Source: Eledone cirrhosa (taxonomy: Eukaryota). From it: a stretch of DNA of 64,000 bases. The stretch covers positions 58,838,001 to 58,902,000 of the forward strand of contig OZ024740.1 in the NCBI GenBank assembly GCA_964016885.1, given 5' to 3'. Within the stretch, counting starts at the first letter, position 1, and every line of letters starts with the position of its first letter. Shown here piece by piece: positions 25,721 through 39,457 of this stretch. A model generated the notes under the pieces. The model was not told the origin of the DNA, made no database searches, and was given only the letters and a program-made list of their open reading frames with translations. The position numbers and the translations under genes are program-made.

Positions 25721-28700
25721 TGTATGTATGTATAGACATATCATGCCAGCATGAAAAGATGTACATTACATTATGATATATATCCACAAAGATTTTGTTT
25801 TAAGTTTACATTTCTTTTTTGTTTTTGTTTTTCTTAAATGTTTTCATGGTTATTTACATTTTCGTTTATTTAGTATTCTTCCAACTCTTTTATTTACAGC
25901 GTTCTTATATTATGCTCTGAATTTGAAATTCACTTTAAACTATACATTTCAACAAGCGGTGATCCAATGTCTAATTTTATTCGGCTGTTTAGCATTAATT
26001 TTAAAGAAATAACCATATGTTTACGATTTTTAATGAGTTGTTATTTACACTATTTTCTCTTGTTACCATTTCTGATATTACCATCATCCTTGTATGTCCA
26101 CTTTTCCATACTTTCTGTGGTACCTCTCTTTATTTAGGAATGCACTTCAGTATATTCATAGTTATATAAAAAAAAACATAATAATATAATGGTTACAGAA
26201 CGAAAACAAACACATATGATATATACAAAGCACGTAATAGGACCACATACAACAAAAAGGATGTGATAGGGTTTGGAAAACTAACCGCTAACAGAGCAAA
26301 AGATAACAATATTGCGAAGAGCACAGGGAAACCTCTCTAATATTTTTTTAGGCAAGCCAGCACACTCGCAGTGTTACCTCGAGTGATGGCGAGGCTGATG
26401 TGCTAGAACAACCAAGCGCCCTCATGAGCATCACCAGTTATCTCAGTTAGGTGAGCTGCCAGTGAAGATAAGAACCTCGCAGTCAGTAGCCCAATTCCTT
26501 CCTCCAAACATCTCGAACGCCACAGGATGTTCTAGGGAGCTATTGCATCCAAATAAATAAGTGATTGGTTTTTTACCACATAGGTACTGTCTTATATCTA
26601 AGAAAAATATTTCATACTATCCATCTCAATTCACCTAGATAATGCTTTGGTATGAAAAATAAGATATATTTCTGGTTATAACATTAATTGTGGGAAAATA
26701 TTAATTTAATTTTGTCTAATAGAACCTATAACAAAGTTTGTGATGACACTTTTCTTTCCTATTCTGTGCACATTAAACAATATTTAGTATTGAATCATCC
26801 ATTAATGGATGGCTTTACTTCACCGACAGGATACTCAAGTATCAAAACATAAATGTAACTTTATCAACTACAGTTACACATACAAAGCAGACTTTTTCAC
26901 AACATTAATTCAATGCTTATTAGATTCATACTTATTATCATGAGCGTCAAACCTAATTTGTAAGATAATTTAAAATTAATGAAGAGAATCATACTTAGTG
27001 TATACCAGTAAGAGTATATATATTATTTCTGTCATCTGATATAATCAGTTAGATTTAATTGAATAAATCTTCAAATAAAACATTATTTTAATACCATGGT
27101 AGGTTTAGTATCTACTTATTAGGTAGTTATTAAGTATGTTTCCTCTTTAATTTAACCTCTGAGTGTTTACCTTCAATGAAAAAGATTCATAATGTAACTT
27201 TTGTATTTTTTAAATGAATAAAACCTTGAGATCTATCAAAATAAACCCTACTTTCAATCTATAGCTAGTGTAAGATCTGATTTTAATATGAAATGACGCA
27301 GCAGCGAGAAAAAAAATGCTCTGTCAATTAGAAGTCAAGCAGAGCTTTTTCTTAAGATTCTAGACTCTTTTTTCCATTTTGAACTGCCAGCAAAATCTCA
27401 CTTTTATTGGGAGAATAAAAGAATATTGATTTTGATAAGGTACTGAAAAGCAAAGAAGGCACTTCCAGTTGAATTAACATATTTATTTAGTACACTAAAA
27501 GGGGGAAAATTATATTTAATAAAAAAAATATATATCTTAATACTCAAAGCAGCTGACTTTCTGACAAGATACATTTCATTGATTTAGTAAACAAGTTTCA
27601 ATTTGATCATTGTATGTTGCTTTAAATAGGAGCAGCTACATTGGCATTGAAAATTCCCAATTGGAAATTTGGTCAATCAGTTCTTAATATACTTTAAGAA
27701 AGACTGCTTTGGTCTATCTATATTTCTTCAATGTAAATAATCTCAATACATCACAATTGTAAATTGATCTTTTCAGACATAATAATTATCTTCATGCATA
27801 AGTGTCAGAGAAGAGGGAGAAATAAAAATATATGCATCTTTTTAATTTTGTGAAAAAAGTGACTATGTTCTAACTAGAAAGAAAGTTGTTGGATTACTGA
27901 TAACATTTTTAAATAGAATTCATTAAAAAATTAATGAAAGACAAGCTTTAGAATCTTGCCAAAATTTACCAATATTTTAGTGTTTAGTTTTAATTAAGAA
28001 TTGCTGTCTTAAAGAAAAATATTCTTTTAATTAGATATTTTTTTGTTGTTTTAAAATGTGTCAATTACATTTTGATAAAATATAATTAATCAATTTTTTT
28101 TTTATATTCCAGCTTCTGACAAATCAAGTGTTGTTAAATATGCATAACAAGATATTGTTAATTACCTCCTTTCTTATTAGTAGTAAGTCTCTAGTTGAGT
28201 ATAAGTAAAGAATTTCCATATAATAAAGTACTCTTTATATGTATGAATACTGCCATTATTAATAATATCTTTTGATATAACATGCATATCAAAGCTTGAC
28301 TTCTAAGACTTAGTACTATTTTTCGTTACATTTATGTTGGTTTTATTTTAGAGAAGCAGTTGTTGTTGTTGTTGTTATTGTGCAGCCTCAGATCTGCTCT
28401 TATTGAACAAACTTATGGAATATAGATAATTAGCTGTATGATCCACATATACTTATAACATACATCTGTATAGTTGAGGAGTACACTGCACATTCTGACA
28501 TGCATTGATTAACAAGATGTTATAGTTTGCTTGAAACATTGTGGAATGTGTAGAAAATATTTGTTTGTTTGTTTTTTGTCAGAGACTACAGCTACGCAGA
28601 TACAATATTAATGACTCCATATTGATTTCTTCCTTGATTTTATCCCAAAATATTAAGGAATATTAAGGATTAATTAATCATTTAGCATTAACATTACTCC

Positions 28701-28856
28701 ATATATACTATTGTATTTTTACAGTAAAGGCTTTATCTTACATAAGATCTCACATAATATCGAATCTATGAAATTTTGATATTATGTATACCTTAACATA
28801 ACAATACCTTAACATCAGTATGAGTGACGACTTCTGGCTGGATACAACCAGTTTAA

Positions 28857-29061
28857 CCCTTTAGCATTTAAACTGGCCGTATCTGGCCAGAATTCTCTCA
28901 CCTCTCTCTGTTCAAACCGGCCATAAGTGGTTGCTCATACTGATGTTAAGGTATTGTTCTCAAAATAAATAATATCAAAATCTCATAGATTCGATATTAT
29001 GTGTGGTAAAGCCTTTACCATGAAAATATATTAAATGTAGAGTAATGCAAATGCTAAAGGG
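28857..29061. mobile_element. piggyBac-type MITE
   Basis: TTAA TSD on both sides; perfect 13-bp TIR CCCTTTAGCATTT. Confidence 0.88.
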
Positions 29062-29479
29062 TTAAATGTTAAAGTGTTAAACACCCTCACGGTAACTTTC
29101 CAACAGATTAGTTATTTTATTTTTGGCATTCAATATCCTATTTTTATGCATTGATTAACTATATGTGGTGTAGCATTACAGTTTGATTAGGTTGTGCTCT
29201 CTTCAATGACCAGTTTATTTCCAAGTGTGTAGATTCTGTTGGTAGTCACAAAAGGAGGTGGGCAAGGTAATTTCTACTCAAATATGATAACTACTGCTTC
29301 TCTTCATTTATCTGTAGTGCTGTGCAATCCAGCACAATGTTTGAGGCTAATGATCATATTGATAATGAGGCTATTTTTGTGTGTATGTGTTTTTTGTTAT
29401 GTTTGTGTGATCTGAATAAGATAGTGTTCTTAGGATGTTGTTGTAGATGTGTCTCTTTGATTGTGTGTATAATACTAGT

Positions 29480-30120
29480 GACTGAGAAGATGGCTAATTT
29501 CTTAGCTGGGTTGTCTTTACTGTGAGACGTGGACTCTGAATGCAGAAGATTTGCAATGACTGGAAATAAATGAAGTAGGCATGCTCCATTGATGTGTAAT
29601 GTTAGTATGTATTAATAATACTCCATGTGAAATGCTAATGTGCATAAATAATACTCCATATGAAATGCTAATGTGTAATGCTAGTTGTCATCTATATTGC
29701 TCCATGTGTGATGTTAGTGTGCATTAATAATGCTCCATGTATAATGTTAGTATGCATTTATACTTCTCCCTGTGTAATGTTAGTGTGCATGAAGAAAACT
29801 CTGTGTAATGTTAGTGTGCAAGAATGCTGTGTGCATGAATAATGCTCCATGTGTAATGCTAGTGTGCATGAATAAAAAGCACAAGTTCAGTATAAGTGGA
29901 CTCAGTTGTAGTGTGCAGGAGACACAATTGCACAGATATGGACATAGGATGCCTTAGGAGAATAAGAACTGTATAAAAAAGTGTCAGGCTTTTAAAGTAG
30001 TTAGAACATGTGGAAGAGGGAGACCAAGAAATACATGGGACGAAGTTGTGAAGAATGACCTACAAAAACTGAATCTTGTGATAATGACACATGATCATAT
30101 TCACTGGTAACTTCCTGTGC
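29480..30120 (+). mobile_element. Decayed RTE 3' fragment containing a minisatellite of about 33 bp (29581-29875)
   Basis: ETWTLNAEDL-like start and GRGRPRNTWDEVV-like end flank roughly 9 degenerate CTCCATGTGTAATGTTAGTGTGCATTAATAATG units. Confidence 0.75.
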
Positions 30121-30379
30121 TATCGTACACTGTAAACCCCGTGGCATTAATAGTAAAAGAAGTGAAAGAATACAAACTGAATGGAATGAAGAGTTCCCTC
30201 TTAGTCTGGCAGTAGATAATACAATCTCTCTAATGTTACTGCCATGTTAAATTGCACTCAGTACACTCTGTAAAATGGTACTGCTGGAGTCACTATAAAA
30301 TGTACCTAATAGATTCTATAAAGTGCTTGGTATTAAGAATCCCAGAAATGTTCTATAGAAATAGTTGATGATTTTTGTT

Positions 30380-30690
30380 ACCTGGAAAATTTGAAGGTGC
30401 TACTACCCCTGTTGACAACAAAGGGATTTTCTCTCACTGAGCAAAGGTAAGATTTGGTGATGCCTGTGTGGTGAGTACAATGCTGCATGGCAATGAATAC
30501 AGAGGATATGAGAAATTGGAGAGAAATGAAGCCAATATGCTTCATTAGATGTGTAATATTAGTAGTGTGCATGAATGAACTAATATTAGTAATATGCATG
30601 GATGAACTAAGGTAAAAACTGGATATCAGAATCAGATGTAGTGTATAAGAGAGAGGGTTGCTCTGGTATGTGTATGTTGTGTGTCTGGAG
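30380..30690 (+). mobile_element. Decayed RTE 3' fragment
   Basis: WKI*RCYYPC/KGFSL...DACV...LHG-type remnants matching the other RTE copies. Confidence 0.6.
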
Positions 30691-30952
30691 GATGATCTTT
30701 GGGTGAAGAACTGCCAAGTGATCCCAGTGAATGAAAGCTAGAGTAGAACAACTATGCACTTTTTTTATATTTTAAATTTAATCACAGATAGTGAAATAAA
30801 TGGTATGAAAAATAATACTTCCCTTCCAGTTAAAAATAGAATATCATGTGAAATGCCTTACCACACACAAACTCTACATCACCTTTCATATATGTAAGGC
30901 CAGAGAATAACTAAAGATTGATAATGAGGGGGGGGGGTGGCAAGTCACAGTA

Positions 30953-30997
<45 letters not shown>

Positions 30998-31469
30998 GTA
31001 CACACAGAGATACATATATAAGTAACTTTGTCTCTAATATACATAACATCTCAATGAAAAAAGATTTCCAAAATTTAATTCAGAGAAGCATATACATATA
31101 GAACATCTTATACAAAATCACTGATGGGTAGATCCCAGTAAAGAAATTTAAAACAAGAAAACTTCACAAGCATCTTTCCCTAGGGGTAGAATCTTAGTTA
31201 AGCAATTTGAAGCTAGAAGGCTGCACTAGGTTCCCTTACTGATAGGAACAGAAAGATACCACAGTTAAAATAAGGAACTCAATGCATTAAGTAGAGTAGT
31301 TATTTGATTTATTTCAGATAGAAATGACTTCTACAGGACTAGAACAGTTTCATTTGTTTGAAATCATGAGGAAAGTCCTGAAAGTTCTGTTTGAAATAAA
31401 TCATGTACATACATACAGCCACATACAGAAATATATATATGTATATATATATACAGAAATATATATATA

Positions 31470-31512
<43 letters not shown>

Positions 31513-32120
31513 GTCAGGTCACCAGTTGGTGCTACTGGTAACATGTATCCCAGTACAACCTGTCCCATGGTCGGGTCGTTGGCGACTAAACTGGCAACCC
31601 CACCAAGGTTTCTTGGTGAGGAGGGTGACTTTGGACATCCTGCAGGACTAAAAACAAAACCTGTCAAAGGGCAAAGGAGCTCTTAAGAGTCAATGGCCAT
31701 CCAAAATCACCGGGAGAGATGACCCCTTAGCCTTTGTCAAGGCAGAATTCTAGGAGAAGGAAAACTCTGATATAACACCTGCAACCCTGATGGTTTCCAA
31801 TGATGTTGACTTGTTCTTCTTTTTGGTAAATATCATCTTGGTTAAGAGAGTGGGACTGGCTTTGTGCAGTGCCTTTGCTCACTATAAAAGCTTCACAGCA
31901 CAGGCATTGCTTTATATCTGGAGATCTCTCTGCACTTGTCGTCACATGGTACCATGGGCCCAGCACTATGTGTCAATAATTGTCACAAGTGTAGTGTTTG
32001 TACCAGAGCTTTCAAGTTGCTGGCTGGACTAAAAAGTCACACTCGTTCAGCGCATCGGTAGGGGTTCTCCTACATGGATATAAAGTAGTGGCCGTACTTG
32101 AAAACGAGTTGGCAGCCACC
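31513..32120 (+). mobile_element. Bipartite non-autonomous RTE (BovB-like) derivative
   Basis: 5' part with CTAGGAGAAGGAAAACTCTGA; 3' part encodes C2H2-like CSVCTRAFKLLAGLKSHTRSAHR* and ends GTACTTGAAAACGAGTTGGCAGCC. Confidence 0.65.
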
Positions 32121-32149
32121 ATATATATATACAGAAATATATATATCTG

Positions 32150-32186
<37 letters not shown>

Positions 32187-33154
32187 ATCTTGAGAAGTCC
32201 TTTAGCAAGTGTCAAAGTATAGATTTAGCTTACCATGGCAGCACACATACTGGCAGGAGGGAGTGAGGAGAAGACTACCATATATACTTAAATATAATGA
32301 TGACGATGATAATAAGCCAAGGAATATGTGTCAAAAGAAATTGATGATAGAAGTGGGGTTTCCTTCTATTTGGGTCAATATTTTGATGATTTTCACCGAC
32401 TTCAAATTCTATGTTAATAAAGTTTGGATTTTTGCCCATAACTCAGACATAAAATAGTGGAGTTGGCTTATATCCGGTAAGTTTTTAAATGAAGGAATGA
32501 ATGCACACACACATCTATATTTACATGCAGTGGTCTTCTTTTTCTTCTTACCTGTATAATATATAGCCTTCTTCTTCTTCTTCTTCTTCTTCGTCTTCTC
32601 CTCCTCCTCCTCCTCCTCCTCCTCCTCCTCCTCCTCTCTACCTCCTCCAACCCATCCTCCCTGAGAGGGTCATGGTGGGCAGTCCTCAAACACTCCTTCC
32701 AGCAAGTAATAATTCTGTTTCTTGATTATGAATATACACTATTTTTACAAACAAGATATGGTAACTATGTTTTTGGTAAGATAAACATGTTGATTGTATA
32801 TGTTTTTCTTTGTTAAATTAACTGCACATCTTTGAAGACATTGTGTAATCATGCATGTTTCTGGAACAGTATTAATGCATTTGTAGCTGTCTAGTTATTT
32901 ACTTTAACTGATCTCTAAATGTTTAAGCATCAATAAGGAAAGTTAGAAACAGAAAAATCAAAACAAATTATATGGCTAATTAATTGGCAATGTATAATTA
33001 AGCCAAAATAATTAATCATAAAACACTACTTTCTTTTCTTATCTCCCCTTTCTTTTCCACTAGTCAAACACATCTCAGGAAATGTTATATGTTTGTTATT
33101 TAAGTAACCGGGGAGTACACATATTGTGGGCATTGCCAAATATTGGAAATAATT

Positions 33155-34875
33155 TAATAATAACAATAATAATAGTTTCTTATATAAGCACAAGGCCAGC
33201 AATTTAATGGAGGGGGGGGGTCGATTAAATCAACCCCAGCGTGTGACTGGTACTTTATTTTATCGACCCCATAAGGATGAAAGGCAAAGCCAACTTCAAC
33301 AGGATTTGAACTCGGAATGTAAAGGGTCATAATTCTATACTGCAAAGCATGTTGTCTGATGCCCTACTGATACTGCCAATCCACCAGCTTGCTGATTCTA
33401 CCAATCCTCCATCCTTATAATAATAATACTAATAATAATTGTTTCTACTTTTGGCACAAGGCCAGCAATTATCCCAGTATATTACTGGTACTTTATTTTA
33501 TCGACCCCGTAGGATGAAAGGCAAAATTAACCTCGGCAGGATTTGAACTCAGACCATAAAGGGCCGTAACTCTTTGCTCCAAAGCATGGCACCCAAATAA
33601 TTGTTTCTACATTTGGCACAAGGCCAGCAATTACCCAGTGCATTACTGGTACTTTATTTTATCAACCCCGAAAGGATGAAAGGCAAAGTTAACCTCGGCG
33701 GGATTTGAACTCAGAATGGCAAGGACCGTAACTCTATGCGTCAAAGCATGGCGTCCGACCCTCTACCGATACTGCCAATCCACCGCCCATGGCACCCAAA
33801 TAATAATAATAATTGTTTCTACTTTAGGCCAGCAATTTGAAGGGGAGGGGAAAATTGATTAAATCGACCCCAGTGCAGTAAAGAGAGGAATTTACAAAGT
33901 GGATGTGTCAAAGAAATGTAGATTGTTGCTGAAAACGTACAATACAAGATCTTGTAGGACATGACCATCCAGTGCAACCATTTTATCGTGGCTAGAAAAC
34001 TTAACATTGTTGTAGAAAAGAAGAATAACAAGTCAATTATTGTGGATATTGCTTCAACGTGGGACCACAGGGTGAATGAAAAGGAAAGTGAGAAAGTTAA
34101 AAAATACCTGGAACTGAAAAGGAAAATCAGGAAACTATGGAGAATCAGACATGTAGAAGTGGTACCAATTGTGGTTGGTGCACTGGGAGCAGTTAGTAAA
34201 GGGTTGGATGCATGGCTTGAGAAGCTAGGAATTACCATCAGGATGGAATTGTAACAAAAAGCAGCCTTGGTAGGAACAGCAAGAATTCTAAGGAGGGTGT
34301 TAGAAAGTTGAAGGAGAAGGAATGAGCCAAAGGACCTTTGGCCATTGGCTACTGCTCACCCTTTTGGTATAGCATTGGTATCACATCTGTGAGAGAAAAA
34401 GCATTATAAATGACAATAATAATGATTTCTGATTTAGGTACAAGTAAATTTGCGAGAGGGGAAAGTCGATCAAATTGACGCCAGTACGTTACTGGAGCTT
34501 GATTTTAATGACCCCATAAGGATGAAAGGCAAAGCTAACCTCAATGGGATTTAAACTCAGAACATAAAGAGCCATAACTCTATGCCACAAAGCATGTTGT
34601 CCAATGCTCTACCAACAGTGCCAAACTGCCACCCTCAATAATAATTATAATAATTGTTTCTGTTTTAGGCACAAGACCAATCATTTTGGGGATGGGAAAG
34701 CTGATTAAATCGACCCCAGTGTGTTACTGGTACTTTATTTTAAAGGGACATATGACTAGTGTCTTATTTTATCCACTCTGGAAGTATGGAAAGTAGAGCT
34801 CAGAAGGTTAAAGAAGCATAGTAAAATACCACCTCACATTTTTGCCAATGTTCTAATGATTCTGCCAGTTCATCA
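33155..34875 (-). mobile_element. Cluster of about six co-oriented family B SINE copies separated by (TAA)n
   Basis: Copies at about 33155, 33418, 33602, 33805 (partial), 34416 and 34638; 17-bp TSD CATGGCACCCAAATAAT around 33602-33787. Confidence 0.85.
33880..34425 (+). mobile_element. 3' fragment of an R4/Dong-like REL-endonuclease LINE
   Basis: IQCNHFIVARKLNIVV...IIVDIASTWDHRVNEKESEKVKKYLEL...VVPIVVGALG...*QKAALVGTARILRRVL; ends in TAA-like repeats. Confidence 0.8.
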
Positions 34876-35230
34876 ATAATAATGGTGATAATGGTGATAA
34901 TGGTGATGATGATGGCATTGGTGGTGATAATGGTGATTATAGTGGTGGTGGTGGTGCTGCTGCTATTAGTGATGATGATGGTAATGATTTTGTAATGATG
35001 GTGGCATAGGTGGTGATAATTATCACGATGATGGTGGTGATGATGTTAATAGTGTTGATGGTGATGATGATGATGGCATTGGTGTTGGTAATTATGATGA
35101 TGGAGTTAGTGGTGATAATGATGATGATGGTGGTGGAGGTGTTGATGATGTTGGTGGTGCTGGTGTTGGTGATGAGGATGATAGTGTTGGTGATGGGGAG
35201 GATAGTGTTGGTGGTGATGATGATGATGAT
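34876..35230. repeat. Degenerate (GAT/GGT)n trinucleotide low-complexity tract
   Basis: Directly visible. Confidence 0.9.
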
Positions 35231-36069
35231 TTGACAGTTGAATGAATAGGTTTACTAGACCAATTATGAGAGAAGGCTTTCGCAATAGCTGCCACCACCA
35301 CTTGGTGTCAGTGCAAATAAAGAGAATGTTGCAATGTATATGGAATATTACATATTAAGTTAGCAGAATAGAAGTTAGCAAAATAGTCACAGCAGATTTT
35401 TGAGAAAGTTATAATGATCCAAGGTTGTGCAATTTCAACCAATTCTAACATGTTAAATGTGTTAAATATATTTAGATACTGCTAACAACAGCATTAATAA
35501 TTGTGATTTGATCTTACCAGTCAAATGTTGAAATAACATGCTAGACCCCAAAGAATGTTGTTTAAATAGAAAATATCAATTTAACATATTTTAAATGACA
35601 TGGATTGAATATTGTGTCAGCTAAATTTTTTTTTTTAACAAAACTTGTGCTTTTTACCCAGTTAGTGTTACAGTTCAGTCATATATTTCGGAGGATTACA
35701 ATTTAGGGAAAATACTGAGATTGTTATAGAAGTTTAGTCTGTCTTAATTTCACTATGAAATCTTTTCATATCCAGTCTTTGTGTAAATTAGTCTAAACCA
35801 CTTTTAATTTTCCTTGTAGTCTCTTCATATTTCACAAACCAACTGCTGCTGTTGTTTTGTTCTTGTCCATCAAACTTATCACCAAAGGTATTCCAGCTAA
35901 GTCCATCCTGACTTTTTGTATGTCTACATACAAGTGGAGAGTAGAGAGCCGTTGCTCTTTGCTGTAAAGCAAACAATTATTATTATATAAAAACTGAACT
36001 GGAAAAGTCAACAGTTGACATGATTTTGATTTTGTATCAGTACTGATGGTAATATATATATATATGTAT

Positions 36070-36102
<33 letters not shown>

Positions 36103-36235
36103 TGGCGTGTGTGTTTGTATGCATGAGTGTTGGTGTGTGAGTGAGTGTGTGTGTGTGTGTGCCGTGAGTGTCAATAAGTGTTTTTTTGTTTTTTTTATGA
36201 CCATGCTGTAAAATGGAGGGGTAGAGAGGGCCCAT

Positions 36236-39200
36236 GAGTCCAGTAAGACATCCTCTCTAGTGCTGGTGGCACAAATAAAAGCACCCAGTCCATGCTGTAT
36301 AGTGGTGTTAGGAAGGGCATCCAACCAGTGTATCAATGCCAAAACAATTATAAGCACAGCAACAAGTATATAGGAACAACAAAATATGAAGACGTCGCAT
36401 CTCAGAGTTGCAACACTTAATGTTGGCACTCTCAAAGGTAGATCTGCTGAAATAGCGGAGATCCTGGAGAGAAGGCATATGGATGCGTGCAAGAGGTGAG
36501 ATGGAGAGGTGCCTCTGCGAGACTAGTCGCAGGCAAACATCTTAGCTATAAGCTTTTCTGGGAAGGTAAGGATGATGGGTTAGGGGGAGTAGGCATTTTC
36601 CTGGCTGAGAAATGGATCAATAAGACAATAGAGGTAGTTGGAGTTAGTAATCGAATAATTAAGCTTAGATTAGTTGTAGGTAGGAGACTACTGACAATCA
36701 TCTCTGCCTATGCTCCCCAAGCAGGCCTAGGCAAAGAAGAGAAAGACTGCTTTTACGAGCAACTTTTACAAACAACTGCAATGACAGAGGACGGAGACAT
36801 CGTTATGTTAGCAGGGGACTTCAATGGTCATGTTGGACAGCTCCAGGATGGTTACACTGGGGTACATGGTGGGCATGGTTACAGCTCAAGAAATGAAGAA
36901 GGAGTGACACTTCTTGACTTTTGTGATGCAAGTACACTGACTATTTGCAACACTAACTTCCAGAAACCTGCCAACCACCTAATAACCTACAAATCAGGCG
37001 AGCACATAAGCCAGATTGACTTCTTACTAGTTAGGCAGCGGGACAGGCAGATGGTGTCTAATACCAAGGCATACCCTGGGGAAGAATGTACTCCACAGCA
37101 TAGGTTAGTCGTTAGTGATATCTCAGTAAGCAAGAGATGGAATGAGACACACAGGAAGGTGTGGAGAAGAAAGGTCTGGAAGCTAAAAGACCTTTCACTA
37201 AAATACAAATTTAGGAAAGCCCTTTAAGATGTGTATGACGAAAAACAAGACAATTTAGAGACGTATGACATAGATAATAACTGGAATTTCTTACATGACA
37301 ACTTACTGCTGGCTACTGATAAAACTTGTGGCTGGAGCAGGGCTCCAACCAAACAAAGAGTGACCTGGTGGTGGAACAGCACAGTAGATAAGGCCATTAG
37401 AGACAAAAGACTAGCATGGAAGGCTTGGAAAAAGGGTGGGAGTAGAGAAGGATATACAGCAGCTAAGAGAGAAGCTAGACGTCGGGTGTACTTAGCACGC
37501 AGGGAGGCTGAGAGTAGGAGGTTTGCCAATGTTCTGCGATGGGAAGATCAGAGGCGTGCTGTGTTCCACATTGCAAGGCAGTGTGTCAATGCAAATCAGG
37601 ATGTTGTTAGAGATAAATGTGTCCGGAATGATCCCTGTGTACTTAGTGTCACGAATGATCAGAAAAAGGAGGCCTGGAAATGTCGCTATGAGAGACTGAT
37701 GAATGTGGAAAACGAATGGGAGAGAGAGAAATTACCCTTGGTAGATCCGACAGAGGGACCAGCTATTGAGATTGACGAATATAGGGTCCAAGAGGCGATG
37801 AAGGAAATGAAAAATGGTAAGGCTGCTGGACATCGGGGATAGTTGCTGAGATGCTGAAGGCATCAGGGGACATAGGCACTAAACTGGTTGCACGCATCAT
37901 CAATCAGACTATATATGGTGGTGTCATACACAAAGACTGGTGCAGCAGTATTCTCATAAACTGCTACACAGGTAAAGGGGATGCTCTGGAGAGGAGCAAT
38001 TATAGGGGTATAAAACTGATGGATCAGGTTATGACAGTGGCAAAAAGGATATTAGCACAACTAATTAGAGAAAGGGTCAAACTAGATGAGATGCAGTTTG
38101 GTTTTGTGCCTGGGAAGAGTACAACAGATGCCCTCTTCTTGGTGAGACAATTACAAGAGAGGTTCTTAGAGAAAAATAAGCCACTATACTTAGCCTTTAT
38201 TGACCTAGAGAAGGCCTTTGATAGGGTACCCCGATCTGTCATCTGGTGGTCCCTAAGGAAACTAGGTGTTGAGGAATGGCTTGTGAGGACAGTGCAAACT
38301 TTGTACAGAGGTTTTGTCAGTAAAGTCAGGGTAAGAATGGAGTTTAGTGAGGAATTCCAGATACAAGTAGGAGTACATCAAGGTTCAGTCCTCAGCCCCC
38401 TCTTATTCATTATAGTCCTCCAAGCCATAACAGAGGAGTTTAAGACTGGCTGTCCATGGGAACTTCTCTATGCTGACGATCTGGTTCTTATAGCAGAATC
38501 AGTAGAGGAGCTAGAGAATAAATTCTGGCTATGGAAACAGCAGTTGGAAGCAAGAGGACAGAGAGTGAACCTAGCTAAGACAAAAGTGTTGATGAGTAGA
38601 AAAGAGGACAAAACTCTGATTCCGTCAGGGAAATGGCCATGTTCGATATGCAGAAAATGAACTGGCATAAATTCTATAAAATGCACACAATGTAGATCCT
38701 GGGTACATAAGAGATGTAGCGGGATAACAGGTAGGGAGAAATACGTATGCAGTAGATGTACAGGGAAATTAGACAGTAGAAGTCGAAATGATAGACACAT
38801 TTTTCAAATGCAGGTGGGTGCTATAGAAGTGGTGAATAGCTTCCAGTTCCTAGGAGATTAGCATGGGAGGAGGGTGTTCCGAGGCCATAGTATCTAGAAT
38901 AAGGACGGGTTGGAAGAAGTTTAGGGAGCTGCTTCCTCTGCTGACAAAGAAGGGTTTCTCCCTGCGTACGAAAGGCCGGTTATATGATGCCTGTGTGAGG
39001 AGCGCGATGCTGCATGGTAGTGAGACATGGGCAGCAACTGCAGAGGATATGCGACGGCTGGAGAGAAATGAGGTAAGCATGCTCCGTTGGATGTGCAATG
39101 TCAATGTGTGTGAATGACCCAGCATGAATATGTTGAGAGAGAAACTGTGTCTGAGAGGGATAGATGTAGTGTGCGAGAGAGGAGACTGAGGTGGTATGGA

Positions 39201-39440
39201 CATGTGATGCACATGGAGGATGACCGATAGTTGAAGAAGTGCCAGGAAAGACGTGGTAGAGCTAGACCACGAAAAACATGGGCGGTGGTGGTGAGAACAG
39301 AGCTCAGATCACTGAAGCTCACCGAGGAGATGACGAAGGACCGGGACAAGTGGAGAGATGCTGTGCTGAATAAGACCCGTCCCACCCTTGCAAGCAGGGA
39401 AAAGCGGACGTAAAATGATGATGATGATGATGATGATGAC
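36236..39440 (+). mobile_element. Near-full-length RTE-clade LINE (APE + RT + PHD-like finger), inactivated
   Basis: ATG at 36386 MKTSHLRVATLNVGTL; QEVRW, SAYAPQ, AGDFNGH (APE); QFGF, FIDLEKAFD, GVHQGSVLSP, YADD (RT); several stops and frameshifts; (TGA)n tail. Confidence 0.96.
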
Positions 39441-39457
39441 AACAACATTGTCTAGTA

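Noticed and set aside
29581-29875. CRISPR-like array (also considered for 43387-43490 and 16061-16335)
   Set aside because: Contiguous degenerate tandem units with no unique spacers, no cas genes, and a eukaryotic context
32447-32560. Strong donor-like sites CCG/GTAAGT (+) and CAG/GTAAGA (-)
   Set aside because: No convincing partner acceptor or recognisable coding frame
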